Positions 26,207-36,776 of a stretch of 64,000 nucleotides of DNA are shown here, one piece after another (the stretch's first letter is position 1; the number at the start of each line of letters is the position of its first letter). The notes below the pieces were generated by a model that had not been told where the DNA came from, made no database searches, and saw only the letters and a program-made list of their open reading frames with translations. The DNA is from Chryseobacterium gleum (GTDB taxonomy: Bacteria; Bacteroidota; Bacteroidia; Flavobacteriales; Flavobacteriaceae): positions 19,710 to 83,709 of the forward strand of contig CAMCVI010000002.1 of assembly GCA_945881885.1 (NCBI GenBank). Reading direction: 5' to 3'. The position numbers and the translations under genes were made by a program.

Positions 26207-27832
26207 ATGTTAAAAGGATTTTTTAATATACCGAAAGCGGTGAACGAGCCTGTTAAAAGCTACTCACCAAATTCTCCAGAAAAAATAAGTGTTTTAAAAG
26301 CATACCAAACCATGTGGAATTCGAAAATTGATGTGCCATTATACATTGGTTCAGAAGAAATTTTCACAGGAAACACTAGAAATATGTCGGCACCACATGA
26401 TCACCAACACGTTGTTGGAACCTATCATTTAGCCGAAAAATCTCATGTAGAAAAAGCCATTTCAAATGCTTTAGAAAGCAGAACAAAATGGGCAAGCATG
26501 GCTTGGGAACAACGTGCCGCTATCTTTTTAAAAGCTGCTGAATTAATTGCTGGACCTTACCGAGCAAAAATAAACGCTGCAACGATGATTGCGCAATCTA
26601 AAACCATACACCAAGCAGAAATAGATGCCTCTTGTGAATTAATTGACTTTTTACGTTTCAACGTAGAATTTATGACGCAAATTTATGCAGACCAACCCGC
26701 TTCTAATTCCGATATGTGGAATAGAGTGGAATACAGACCTTTAGAAGGTTTTGTATATGCGGTAACGCCTTTTAATTTTACAGCAATTGCGGCAAATTTA
26801 CCTGCAAGTGCTGCTTTAATGGGAAATGTTGTAGTATGGAAACCAAGTGATAGCCAAGTGTTTTCTGCAAAAATTATCATTGATGTTTTTAAAGAAGCCG
26901 GCGTTCCAGACGGTGTTATTAATGTTGTTTTTGGAGATCCGGTTATGATTACAGATACCGTTTTAGCGTCTCCGGATTTTGCAGGAATTCATTATACAGG
27001 TTCCACATTTATATTCAAAGAAATTTGGAAAAAAATCGGAGAAAATATTCACAATTATAAAACATATCCAAGAATTGTAGGAGAAACTGGTGGAAAAGAT
27101 TTTATTATTGCACATCCATCGGCAAATGTAAAACAAGTTACTACTGCCATTACTCGTGGTGCTTTTGAATTTCAAGGTCAGAAATGTTCGGCAGCTTCAA
27201 GAGCTTATATTCCACAATCTACGTGGCCTGCAGTGAAAGAACAATTAGTTGCAGATGTTGCATCTATGAAAATGGGTTCGCCAGAAGATTTTTCAAACTT
27301 TGTTACTGCAGTAATTCATGAAGGTTCATTTGATAAATTAGCCCGTTTTATAGACCAAGCTAAAAAAGACACCGATGCAGAAGTTATTATTGGTGGTAAT
27401 TATGATAAATCTAAAGGTTATTTTGTTGAACCAACAGTTATTTTGACTTCAAATCCGAAATATGTTACCATGGAAACGGAGCTTTTCGGACCTGTAATAA
27501 CAATTTATATATATGAAGACGCAAAATGGGCTGAAACCTTAACTTTAGTTGACCAAACCTCTGAATATGCGTTAACAGGAGCTGTTTTAAGCACTGATAG
27601 ATATGCAATTGAAGAAGCAACCGTAGCCTTGCAAAATGCAGCTGGAAACTTTTACATAAACGACAAACCAACGGGAGCAGTTGTAGGCATGCAACCTTTT
27701 GGTGGCGCAAGAGCGTCAGGAACAAATGATAAAGCAGGTTCGTCACAAAACTTATTGCGTTGGGTTTCTCCAAGAACAATAAAAGAAACTTTTGTTACAC
27801 CAGAACATTTTAGTTATCCCTTTTTAGGATAA
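26207..27832 (+). CDS. pruA: L-glutamate gamma-semialdehyde (1-pyrroline-5-carboxylate) dehydrogenase
   Basis: 541 aa aldehyde dehydrogenase; ETGGKD and FEFQGQKCSAASR catalytic Glu/Cys regions. Confidence 0.9.
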   Translation: MLKGFFNIPKAVNEPVKSYSPNSPEKISVLKAYQTMWNSKIDVPLYIGSEEIFTGNTRNMSAPHDHQHVVGTYHLAEKSHVEKAISNALESRTKWASMAWEQRAAIFLKAAELIAGPYRAKINAATMIAQSKTIHQAEIDASCELIDFLRFNVEFMTQIYADQPASNSDMWNRVEYRPLEGFVYAVTPFNFTAIAANLPASAALMGNVVVWKPSDSQVFSAKIIIDVFKEAGVPDGVINVVFGDPVMITDTVLASPDFAGIHYTGSTFIFKEIWKKIGENIHNYKTYPRIVGETGGKDFIIAHPSANVKQVTTAITRGAFEFQGQKCSAASRAYIPQSTWPAVKEQLVADVASMKMGSPEDFSNFVTAVIHEGSFDKLARFIDQAKKDTDAEVIIGGNYDKSKGYFVEPTVILTSNPKYVTMETELFGPVITIYIYEDAKWAETLTLVDQTSEYALTGAVLSTDRYAIEEATVALQNAAGNFYINDKPTGAVVGMQPFGGARASGTNDKAGSSQNLLRWVSPRTIKETFVTPEHFSYPFLG

Positions 27833-27862
27833 TTTTAAAAATATAAAACTTGATTAATGCTT

Positions 27863-27901
27863 AAAAAAAAACGCCAGACTTTTTTGAATGGCGTTTTTTT
27901 A
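27863..27901. terminator. Bidirectional terminator between pruA and sppA
   Basis: A9 run, AACGCCA / TGGCGTT stem, T7 run. Confidence 0.75.
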
Positions 27902-27931
27902 TTTTATTTAAAAGATATTAGATATAGTATA

Positions 27932-29704
27932 CTACCAATTCAAATCAAATGGCAGTAACATTTGTACTCCTTTTCTGTTTTGCATTAATTTAGCCTTTTT
28001 AAGTAAATTATAATTTTCTTCACCCAATTCTTCCTTCATCAAAGTTTCTCTAGATTTGTAAATACTTGCTCCTGCAAATACTTCTAAAATCTCATCGAAA
28101 TCTTTTTTATATTCTGGATAATTCTCAGTTCTGTAACTTTTTGTTTTTCCTAAAATAGCGGCATGAGCAATTGCTGCATCTAAATTTCCTAGCTTATCCA
28201 CTAATCCATTTTTTATGGCGTCAGTTCCAGTCCAAACCCTTCCTTGAGCAATAGCATCTACTTGATCAAAAGTCATTTTCCTTCCTGCTGCCACACGATT
28301 TATGAATGTTTTATAAACCCGATCAACACCTTCTAAGGCAATAGTTTTGTATTCCTCCGAGATAGGTTCGAAAATACTGTAACCAACTGCATTTTTATGC
28401 GTTTGAATTTGCTCAGCATTTACGCCATATTTGGTAGCAAAACCATGTGCATTTGGCAACATTCCAAAAACACCAATTGATCCTGTAATTGTAGTAGGTT
28501 CAGCAAAAATAGTATTGGCATTACAAGCTATATAATAGCCGCCAGAAGCTGCTAAATTACCCATAGAAACCACTACTGGTTTAACTTTTTTAGTCAATTC
28601 AATTTCTCTCCAAATTAAATCTGAAACCAAAGCGCTTCCCCCAGGACTATCTACGCGCAGCACCACTGCTTTTACTTCGTCATCTTCCCGAGCTTCTTTT
28701 AAAGAACGGTTTATAGCGCCCTCACCAATATAATCTACATCACCTTCTCCTCCATTAATATCGCCCTGAGCATAAATTACAGCAATAATATCGTCTTTAG
28801 TGTAATCCTCAGAATTTAAGGTTGTAGTAGCCACATAATCTGAAATTGAAATAGTTGCAATGTCATCAGATTTAGCTATTTTTAATTTGGATTTAACAGC
28901 ATCCATAAACTCATCTTCATAAGCAACTTTATCTATTAATTTTTGCTGCAAAGCCATTTCTGGGGTTCTAGCTAATAAATCTGAAGCAATGGCATTTAAT
29001 TGCGTTACTGAGATATTTCTGTTTTTTGCAATATCCGAAACTATAGATTCCCACACAGATTGTAACAAAACCGTTACTTGCTCTCTGTTTTCTTTGCTAA
29101 TTTCTTGCGCCAAAAAAGGTTCTACTGCACTTTTAAATTTTCCATGACGAATAATCTCCATTTTTAGACCCGATTGATCTTGAAAATTTTTAAAAAATAA
29201 CATTTCTGTTCCTAATCCTTTAAAATCCATTTCGCCAGCAGGATTTAGATAAATATCATCTGCTACTGAACTAATATAATATTCATTTTGAGAAAAAACA
29301 GTGGCATAGGCCATCACAAACTTCTTCGATTTTTTAAAATCTTCCAATTTATCTCTAAGCTCCTTACTTTGAGCCATTCCTAAATTTGATACGTTGTTTA
29401 CAAGTGTTATACCTTTTATTTTGTCATCGGTTTTTGCCGCATCTATTGCATTTAAAACTTCTATAAAACCAACTTTATCTTTATCTAAAAGCAAACTACT
29501 AAATGGACTATCCGAATCAAATTTACCCGCATAATCAAAATTAATTTTAGCCAAATCTAATTGAATTACAGAATTATCTTTAACCTTAACCTCATCGTTA
29601 CCACTACTAACTAAAGCGCCAAGCCCAATCAGAAAGAAAAAACTTAGTAAAACAAACAAAAATAACCCTACAATTGTTGCAAATACATTCTTTAAAAAAT
29701 TCAT
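27932..29704 (-). CDS. sppA: Signal peptide peptidase SppA, 67K type
   Basis: 590 aa; N-terminal TM; two ClpP-like halves; LAASGGYY motif. Confidence 0.9.
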   Translation of the reverse strand: MNFLKNVFATIVGLFLFVLLSFFFLIGLGALVSSGNDEVKVKDNSVIQLDLAKINFDYAGKFDSDSPFSSLLLDKDKVGFIEVLNAIDAAKTDDKIKGITLVNNVSNLGMAQSKELRDKLEDFKKSKKFVMAYATVFSQNEYYISSVADDIYLNPAGEMDFKGLGTEMLFFKNFQDQSGLKMEIIRHGKFKSAVEPFLAQEISKENREQVTVLLQSVWESIVSDIAKNRNISVTQLNAIASDLLARTPEMALQQKLIDKVAYEDEFMDAVKSKLKIAKSDDIATISISDYVATTTLNSEDYTKDDIIAVIYAQGDINGGEGDVDYIGEGAINRSLKEAREDDEVKAVVLRVDSPGGSALVSDLIWREIELTKKVKPVVVSMGNLAASGGYYIACNANTIFAEPTTITGSIGVFGMLPNAHGFATKYGVNAEQIQTHKNAVGYSIFEPISEEYKTIALEGVDRVYKTFINRVAAGRKMTFDQVDAIAQGRVWTGTDAIKNGLVDKLGNLDAAIAHAAILGKTKSYRTENYPEYKKDFDEILEVFAGASIYKSRETLMKEELGEENYNLLKKAKLMQNRKGVQMLLPFDLNW

Positions 29705-29874
29705 AATTTATCATATTATTTACACATATGTAGCAATTTAAAACAAAATGTTACAGTAATATAAAAAAATCATATTAAAAATATTCGGCTTTTGTAGAAT
29801 GAAAATGTAAAATTGTTTGTTAATTTGTTGAAATAAAAAAACATTGGTAAAAGCCAAATTTGTTTTTACATAAT

Positions 29875-31008
29875 ATGAAATTACAAAATACAATACTACT
29901 TTCTTTAGGAACAAATATGGGTCACAAATTAGAAAATTTGGAGACTTGTATTCTGGCTATTCATAATAATATTGCTACAGTAGTTGAAGTTTCAAAAGTA
30001 TACGAAACGCCTGCATGGGGATTTGAAAGTGATGTTTTTTATAATTGTGCCATTGCGATTCATACTCATAAATCGGCACAAAAATTGCTTAGTGAGATTC
30101 TTAAGTTAGAAAAAAAACTGGGTCGAATTAGAACAAATACAGAGCAGTATGAGCCGAGAAGTATTGATATTGATATTATTTCTTTTAATGATGAAATTAT
30201 TGAAACTGACAATTTAAAGATCCCGCATATTCACTTGCAAAAAAGAAAATTCGTTTTGTTTCCTTTGAATGATATTGCCCCAAAATGGAACCATCCAAAA
30301 CTCAACAAAACCATTTCTGAATTGCTTATTTCTTGTGAAGATACTTCTATAATTATAGAGATTGGAAATATACAAAACCCAACACATCAATTAGCTTTAA
30401 AAAAACTAAACTATATTGCAATTGAAGGAAATATTGGTGCGGGAAAAACAACTTTGGCTACAAAAATAGCAGAAGATTGTAATGCAAAAATAATTTTAGA
30501 ACGATTTGCTGATAATCCGTTTTTACCAAAATTTTATAAAGATCAAAACCGATATGCTTTTCCTTTAGAAATGTCGTTTTTAGCAGATAGGTACCAACAA
30601 TTATCGGATGATTTGGCACAATTTGATTTATTTAAAGATTTTGTGGTGGCCGATTATCATATTTTTAAATCGCAGATATTTGCAAAAGTTACTTTGCAAG
30701 AAGATGAATTTCGTTTATATAAAACAATGTTCGATATTATATATAAAGAAATGCCAAAGCCCGATTTATATGTTTATTTGTACCAAAATACCAATCGATT
30801 ATTGGCTAACATAAAAAAACGTGGAAGAAGTTACGAACAAGAAATTTCCTCAAATTATTTAGAAAAAATAAACCAAGGCTATTTGGAATATATTAAGTCG
30901 CAAACTGATATCAATGTCTTAATTATCGATATTTCTGATTTAGATTTTGTGAAAAAACAAGAAGATTATATTTTTATATTGAATGAAATTAAAAATAAAA
31001 TACAATAG
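29875..31008 (+). CDS. Fusion protein: HPPK (FolK) domain plus deoxynucleoside kinase domain
   Basis: The N-terminal ~160 aa carry ETPAWG, RSIDIDII and KIPHIHLQKRKFVLFPL (HPPK). The C-terminal ~200 aa carry IEGNIGAGKTTL, ERFADNPFL and KKRGRSYE (dNK). One uninterrupted frame. Confidence 0.8.
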   Translation: MKLQNTILLSLGTNMGHKLENLETCILAIHNNIATVVEVSKVYETPAWGFESDVFYNCAIAIHTHKSAQKLLSEILKLEKKLGRIRTNTEQYEPRSIDIDIISFNDEIIETDNLKIPHIHLQKRKFVLFPLNDIAPKWNHPKLNKTISELLISCEDTSIIIEIGNIQNPTHQLALKKLNYIAIEGNIGAGKTTLATKIAEDCNAKIILERFADNPFLPKFYKDQNRYAFPLEMSFLADRYQQLSDDLAQFDLFKDFVVADYHIFKSQIFAKVTLQEDEFRLYKTMFDIIYKEMPKPDLYVYLYQNTNRLLANIKKRGRSYEQEISSNYLEKINQGYLEYIKSQTDINVLIIDISDLDFVKKQEDYIFILNEIKNKIQ

Positions 31009-31012
31009 AAAA

Positions 31013-33073
31013 TTATCTTTTTAATGTAAAATGACCTTTTATTTCAGGAGTATTATTCCCTAAATTAGCTACAAACCAATAATCCGAAGACGGAACATTT
31101 TCACCATTTAGCCTGCCATCCCAATATGGATTTTTAGTATTCAATACTGTAATTAGTTGCCCATATCTATCAAAAATAGCAATACTTGCATCGGGAAATA
31201 ATTGCATGCCATTTATTTTCCAATAATCATTAAATCCATCTGCATTTGGTGTAAAAAACTTTGGATAATCAATTACCACAAAATCTTCATAATCATAACC
31301 GCAATTTGTTCCTATTTCTTTTACAAAACAAGTATAAACGCCGCCTACAATAAAATTGAAAATAGGAGAACTTTGAAAGTGGATATTATCTAAAGAATAC
31401 TCGAAAATTCCTGTTCCAGTTATACTTATTTCAGCTGTTAATCCTTCCACTTTTATAAAAGTAATTTCTGGTGCCGTATTTTCAATAACTGTAAAATTCT
31501 TGGTTAAATTACAATTTAGAGGAGTTGTTATTATTACTGAATAAGTTCCCGCTGAACCAACAGAACAATTTTGAGTAATGGCTCCTGTGGACCATAAATA
31601 AGTTCCCCCTGAAATTCCAGATTGGAGCGTAACAGATGTATTCTCACAAAAAATAATCGTTTCGTCAACCACAATTGGAGCTGCAACAACCTGAATCAGA
31701 ATTGCCAACCTATTTGATGGGCAACCATTGCTTACCGCTTCAATATAATAAGTTGTAGAGGTGTTTAAGTTAGGTGTGGTAAAAGAAGTTCCTGTAAAAA
31801 TTGGTGTCAAACTTGTATTAGAATCATACCAATTTAAAACACCTATTGTTGTATTCGCCTGAATTGTGATGTTGGTGTTTTGGCAAACAGGATTGGGAGC
31901 TAAAAAACTAACTACGGGAACCTCAATTATAGTTGCAATAACTTGCACTCTATTTCCCAAACCGCAACCTATTGGAAAAGCATCGACGTAATAGTTAGTT
32001 GTTGTATTTAATACTGGTGTGTTAAATGAATTTCCTGAAAAAATTGGCGTTCCTCCAGTCGGTGTTGTATACCAATTACAGCTTCCAATATTTGATGTAG
32101 CTTGAAGTAAAACTGAACCTGAACCACATCTAATTGCGCCTAATGGGTTAGATATAACAGGAATTGTAATACTAGAAGTTGTAGATATCTGCAAAATGGG
32201 ATCGCCAGGCATTCCGCCATATTCTACAATGTATCCTTTTGGTTGGTAAACTCCACTAGAAGCGCCAAAATTACTTAAATCATTCCACGAACCTAGTTGT
32301 CCTACGCCTGGCGCCGTAACATGTGCATAATCTTCCTCGCCTTGGTTGTTTGGTTCGTTCGTATTCCAAAAAGCAAAATTTGGTGTATTACCTGTTACTG
32401 CTCCATTCCAAAATGTTACGCCTAATTCTGGTCCTGTAACCCATTTCCAAACGCCTTCATTTACTTCGTCTGAACCGCCAATCCATCCGGCTCCAGCTGC
32501 TTGAACACCTGATATTTGAACTTCGTCAACGGTTGTAATTGTAGCCAAATATCCTTGTAAACCATAATAAGTTGAAGCTGCTGCAGTATTTTTGGCATTA
32601 GTCCAAGAAATACCAATATTTGGAATATATTGATAATAATGATCTGTTGATTCTAAATAATTTGCTTGCCCGATAGTTATTGAAAAAATACGTTGCCCGC
32701 TTGGATTTGGTGCGGAATTTGTAAAAACCACCGATTCAATGGCCGCTTTAAATTGCAAATAAGTAGGTTCGCCACTTATTCCGCTTAAGGTTAATTTTCC
32801 TTCTGTTGCATTCCAAGAGGAAATTATTGCGGGATGAATTCCCGTTAATGTTAGTACATCTTGACCAAAAACGTAACCAGAAGAAATTTGAATATACATG
32901 GCCGCAATACCAATGTCATCTGGATCTGTAACTGACATATTGGTAACAATAGGCAAAGAAGTTTGAGGGCAATATACCTGATTTCCTATTGCTTGTAATA
33001 TTGGTGCTACATTTTGAGCTATTGCAACACTAGTTAATAAGAATAAACAAAGTGATTTTAAAAATTTAATCAT
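31013..33073 (-). CDS. T9SS type-B-sorted surface protein with a C-type lectin domain and Ig-like repeats
   Basis: 686 aa; signal peptide; CTLD with WIGGSD, EPNN and WND; two NWY...TP.F.G.SFTTP.LN.(T/S)TTYY repeats; C-terminal FFTPNADGFNDYW...GHFTLKR sorting domain. Confidence 0.8.
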   Translation of the reverse strand: MIKFLKSLCLFLLTSVAIAQNVAPILQAIGNQVYCPQTSLPIVTNMSVTDPDDIGIAAMYIQISSGYVFGQDVLTLTGIHPAIISSWNATEGKLTLSGISGEPTYLQFKAAIESVVFTNSAPNPSGQRIFSITIGQANYLESTDHYYQYIPNIGISWTNAKNTAAASTYYGLQGYLATITTVDEVQISGVQAAGAGWIGGSDEVNEGVWKWVTGPELGVTFWNGAVTGNTPNFAFWNTNEPNNQGEEDYAHVTAPGVGQLGSWNDLSNFGASSGVYQPKGYIVEYGGMPGDPILQISTTSSITIPVISNPLGAIRCGSGSVLLQATSNIGSCNWYTTPTGGTPIFSGNSFNTPVLNTTTNYYVDAFPIGCGLGNRVQVIATIIEVPVVSFLAPNPVCQNTNITIQANTTIGVLNWYDSNTSLTPIFTGTSFTTPNLNTSTTYYIEAVSNGCPSNRLAILIQVVAAPIVVDETIIFCENTSVTLQSGISGGTYLWSTGAITQNCSVGSAGTYSVIITTPLNCNLTKNFTVIENTAPEITFIKVEGLTAEISITGTGIFEYSLDNIHFQSSPIFNFIVGGVYTCFVKEIGTNCGYDYEDFVVIDYPKFFTPNADGFNDYWKINGMQLFPDASIAIFDRYGQLITVLNTKNPYWDGRLNGENVPSSDYWFVANLGNNTPEIKGHFTLKR

Positions 33074-33077
33074 TTTA

Positions 33078-33085
33078 CAAAGATA
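33078..33085 (-). promoter_or_regulatory. Candidate -7 box (TATCTTTG on the minus strand) for the lectin gene (leaderless geometry)
   Basis: Plus-strand CAAAGATA, 4 nt from the ATG at 33073, within the 30-nt gap after the TrmH-family gene. Confidence 0.45.
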
Positions 33086-33103
33086 TAACTAGAAAGTAAT
33101 AAA

Positions 33104-33640
33104 TTATTTATTTCTAAGTAACTTTTGAAACAAATCCCAAATTACGATTCCAGCACTGACTGAAATATTTAAAGAATGTTTGCTTCCTAATTGCGGTATT
33201 TCTATTACACCATCAGATAAATTAATGGCTTCCTGAGCAACGCCTTTAACTTCATTACCAAAAATTAAAGCATATTTGGTTTCCGTTTCTGGCTCAAAAT
33301 TATCTAGCATAATCGCATTTTCAGTTTGCTCGATGGAATAAATTTTTACATTTTCCGCTTTCAATATCGATATAACTTCTAATACATCTTTTGCATATTC
33401 CCAAGTTACGGTTTCAGTAGCGCCTAAGGCCGTTTTATGAATTTCTTTATTTGGAGGAACCGCTGTAATGCCACATAAATAGATTTTTTCAATCAAAAAC
33501 GCATCTGAAGTTCTAAAAACAGAACCAATATTGTGCAAACTTCTAATATCGTCTAAAACAATAATTAATGGTGTTTTTTTGGCTTCAGCAAATGCAGCTT
33601 TACTTATTCGATTTAACTCGGCGTTGGCTAATTTTCTCAT
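33104..33640 (-). CDS. TrmH/SpoU family RNA 2'-O-methyltransferase
   Basis: 178 aa; IRSLHNIGSVFRT, IFGNEVKGV and SLNISVSAGIVIW SPOUT motifs. Confidence 0.85.
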   Translation of the reverse strand: MRKLANAELNRISKAAFAEAKKTPLIIVLDDIRSLHNIGSVFRTSDAFLIEKIYLCGITAVPPNKEIHKTALGATETVTWEYAKDVLEVISILKAENVKIYSIEQTENAIMLDNFEPETETKYALIFGNEVKGVAQEAINLSDGVIEIPQLGSKHSLNISVSAGIVIWDLFQKLLRNK

Positions 33641-33644
33641 CTTA

Positions 33645-33652
33645 CAAAAGTA
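33645..33652 (-). promoter_or_regulatory. Candidate -7 box (TACTTTTG on the minus strand) for the TrmH-family gene (leaderless geometry)
   Basis: Plus-strand CAAAAGTA, 4 nt (TAAG) from the ATG at 33640. Confidence 0.55.
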
Positions 33653-33678
33653 ATAATAATGTTCAATTTTTCAATGTG

Positions 33679-33692
33679 TCAATTTGCCAATT
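33679..33692 (-). promoter_or_regulatory. AATTGGCAnATTGA word, site 3 (TrmH-family gene upstream)
   Basis: The minus strand reads AATTGGCAAATTGA. Confidence 0.5.
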
Positions 33693-33764
33693 TTGAAAAA
33701 GCTATGCAGATTAGAGAGATTTCTATTATTTCTTAAATCTGTGTTCAAAACTTTTGAACTTAAA

Positions 33765-33801
33765 ATTGAATTTTGAGATTCTAATTGCTATTGAATTTTG
33801 A
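33765..33801. repeat. ATTGAATTTTGA x2 direct repeat (13-nt spacer)
   Basis: Exact copies at 33765..33776 and 33790..33801, in the divergent TrmH/mutS intergenic region. Confidence 0.85.
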
Positions 33802-33835
33802 ATTTACTAACTTCGCCTTCACTAAAATTTACGTT

Positions 33836-36460
33836 GTGGCTAAAAAATCAGCATCCGAAATAAAAGATTCTACTCCAAAAGTATCTCCATTAATGCAACA
33901 ATACAATACCATTAAGGCAAAATATCCTGATGCGTGTTTGTTGTTTCGTGTGGGGGATTTTTATGAAACATTCGGAGATGACGCGATTCGAGCTTCCAGA
34001 ATTTTAGGGATAACTTTAACCAAACGGGGTAATGGCAGCGAAAGTGAAACGGCTTTAGCTGGATTTCCGCATCATTCAATCAATACGTATTTACCAAAAT
34101 TAGTCAAAGCTGGACTTCGAGTAGCTATTTGCGATCAATTGGAAGATCCAAAAATGACAAAAACCATTGTAAAACGTGGTGTTACCGAATTAGTCACACC
34201 TGGAGTTTCTTTTAACGACGACATTTTACAATCGAAATCAAATAATTTTTTAGCTGCATTATTTTTAGGTAAAAAAACCAATGGTATTTCATTTTTAGAT
34301 GTTTCCACTGGCGAATTTTTAACTGCCGAAGGAAATGAAGAATATATTGATAAATTGTTGCAAAATTTCAGACCAAGTGAAGTGTTGGTTTCGAAACAAC
34401 AAAAGGCAGATTTTAAACAACATTTTGGAGAAGATTTTCACGTTTTCTATTTAGAAGATTGGATTTATAAAGAAGATTATGCTTTTGAAAGTTTAACCAA
34501 ACATTTTCAAACCAATTCATTAAAAGGTTTTGGTATAGATGATTTCAATGATGCCGTTATTTCTTCGGGTGCCATTTTATATTATTTATCAGAAACGCAA
34601 CACAACAAAATTCAACACATTACGAACATTCAACGCATAGCAGAAGATGCTTATGTTTGGATGGACAAATTCACAATTCGTAATTTAGAATTATACCATA
34701 GTTACAATCCTAATGCGGTTACTTTAATTGATGTAATCGATAAAACGCTTTCGCCAATGGGTTCGCGATTGCTAAAACGTTGGTTGGCATTGCCTTTGAA
34801 AGACATCAATAAAATTAAAGGCCGACATGAAGTGGTGGCGTATTTAAAAGAAAATTCAGAAGAATTACACCAAATTCAATATCAGATAAAACAAATTTCC
34901 GATTTGGAACGTTTGATTTCAAAAGTAGCTACTGGAAAAGTTTCACCAAGAGAAGTCATTCATTTAAAAGATTCGTTAGACGCTATTATTCCAATTAAAA
35001 CTTTGGCTTTACAATCTAAAAACGAAGCCTTAAAAACCATTGGCGATAGTTTGCATGCTTGCGAATTGTTACGAGAAAAAATAGGAACAACTTTAAATCC
35101 TGAAGCACCAGTTGCCATTAACAAAGGAAATGCAATTGCTATTGGTGTAAACTCAGAATTAGATGAGTTACGAACTATTTCATCAACAGGAAAAGGTTAT
35201 TTGGAAGCTTTAGAAAAACGCGAAAGTGAAACAACTGGAATTCCTTCGCTAAAAATTTCGTTTAATTCTGTTTTTGGATATTATATTGAAGTACGAAATA
35301 CACATAAAGATAAAGTACCTTCAGAATGGATTAGAAAGCAAACATTAGTAAATGCAGAAAGATACATTACAGAAGAATTAAAAGAATATGAATCGAAAAT
35401 TTTAGGGGCAGAAGATAAAATTTCGCAACTAGAAAGTATGCTATATGAACAATTGGTCAATTGGATGGCAACTTATATCAAACCTGTTCAGTTAAATGCA
35501 AATTTAGTAGCACAAATTGACTGCTTACAAAGTTTTGCGCAAATGGCCATTGATAACAAATATGTGCAACCTGAAATAGATGACACCTTTGATTTAGACA
35601 TTAAAGAAGGACGCCACCCGGTAATAGAAAAACAACTTCCTGTTGGCACGCCTTATATTTCAAATAATGTTTTTTTAGATAGAGAAACACAACAATTAAT
35701 CATGATAACCGGTCCAAATATGTCGGGTAAATCTGCGATTTTGAGACAAACGGCTTTAATTGTATTACTTGCCCAAATGGGAAGTTTTGTGCCTGCAGAA
35801 AAGGTGAGAATGGGTGTTGTAGATAAAATTTTTACCCGAGTTGGTGCAAGTGATAATATTTCGATGGGCGAATCAACTTTTATGGTGGAAATGAACGAAA
35901 CCGCTTCTATATTGAATAATATTTCTGAAAGAAGTTTGGTTTTATTAGACGAAATCGGAAGGGGCACCTCAACGTATGACGGAATTTCAATTGCATGGGC
36001 TATTGCCGAATATTTACACGAACATCCTAGTAAAGCCAAAACGCTTTTTGCAACCCATTACCATGAATTAAATGAGATGGAAGCCATTTTTTCTCGTGTA
36101 CAAAATTTCAATGTTTCTGTTAAAGAATTAAAAGATACCGTTTTATTTATTAGAAAATTAGTAAAAGGAGGAAGCGAACACAGTTTTGGAATTCATGTAG
36201 CAAAAATGGCTGGAATGCCACAAACAGTAATTCAAAAAGCACAAAAAATATTAAAAAAATTAGAGAAAGACCATTCCGGAGAAGCTTTAAACGGAATTAA
36301 ATCTGAAAAAGAGGAACTGCAATTGAGTTTTTTCAACCTAGACGATCCGTTATTGGAAAATTTAAAAGAGGAAATTATGAATATTGATATCAATACTTTA
36401 ACGCCCGTTGAAGCATTAATGAAATTGAATGAAATAAAAAGAATGTTAACGAAAAAATAA
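33836..36460 (+). CDS. mutS: DNA mismatch repair protein MutS
   Basis: SPLMQQY...GDFYE N-terminus and GPNMSGKS Walker A. The GTG at 33836 is chosen because the upstream ORF-track residues are not MutS-like; the start is uncertain. Confidence 0.93.
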   Translation: MAKKSASEIKDSTPKVSPLMQQYNTIKAKYPDACLLFRVGDFYETFGDDAIRASRILGITLTKRGNGSESETALAGFPHHSINTYLPKLVKAGLRVAICDQLEDPKMTKTIVKRGVTELVTPGVSFNDDILQSKSNNFLAALFLGKKTNGISFLDVSTGEFLTAEGNEEYIDKLLQNFRPSEVLVSKQQKADFKQHFGEDFHVFYLEDWIYKEDYAFESLTKHFQTNSLKGFGIDDFNDAVISSGAILYYLSETQHNKIQHITNIQRIAEDAYVWMDKFTIRNLELYHSYNPNAVTLIDVIDKTLSPMGSRLLKRWLALPLKDINKIKGRHEVVAYLKENSEELHQIQYQIKQISDLERLISKVATGKVSPREVIHLKDSLDAIIPIKTLALQSKNEALKTIGDSLHACELLREKIGTTLNPEAPVAINKGNAIAIGVNSELDELRTISSTGKGYLEALEKRESETTGIPSLKISFNSVFGYYIEVRNTHKDKVPSEWIRKQTLVNAERYITEELKEYESKILGAEDKISQLESMLYEQLVNWMATYIKPVQLNANLVAQIDCLQSFAQMAIDNKYVQPEIDDTFDLDIKEGRHPVIEKQLPVGTPYISNNVFLDRETQQLIMITGPNMSGKSAILRQTALIVLLAQMGSFVPAEKVRMGVVDKIFTRVGASDNISMGESTFMVEMNETASILNNISERSLVLLDEIGRGTSTYDGISIAWAIAEYLHEHPSKAKTLFATHYHELNEMEAIFSRVQNFNVSVKELKDTVLFIRKLVKGGSEHSFGIHVAKMAGMPQTVIQKAQKILKKLEKDHSGEALNGIKSEKEELQLSFFNLDDPLLENLKEEIMNIDINTLTPVEALMKLNEIKRMLTKK

Positions 36461-36547
36461 ATTTAATATAACTTTTTCACTTTCAAATCATTAAAAAAAA
36501 GATTAGATATTTTTAGTAAAACTACTTGTGAGAATAAAAATATATAT

Positions 36548-36555
36548 TATATTTG
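36548..36555 (+). promoter_or_regulatory. Candidate -7 box for the tRNA-Gly(GCC)/tRNA-Leu cluster
   Basis: TATATTTG within TATATTTGCACTC, 41 nt before the tRNA. Confidence 0.55.
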
Positions 36556-36596
36556 CACTCGCATTACGCAAGAAATGCGAACGTTCTTTAAAAATT

Positions 36597-36669
36597 GCGA
36601 AAATAGCTCAGCTGGTAGAGCGCGACCTTGCCAAGGTCGAGGTCGCGGGTTCGAGCCCCGTTTTTCGCT
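36597..36669 (+). tRNA. tRNA-Gly (anticodon GCC)
   Basis: 73 nt; acceptor GCGAAAA/TTTTCGC, anticodon stem CGACC/GGTCG with loop TTGCCAA, T-loop TTCGAGC. Confidence 0.9.
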
Positions 36670-36776
36670 CAATAGTATAAAAATACCAATTGTTGTGTTT
36701 ACACAATAAAATGCTCGAGTATATCTTTAATTAATTTTTCTAAAAAATTAGCTAAAATAATTCAAAAAGCAGGCAT

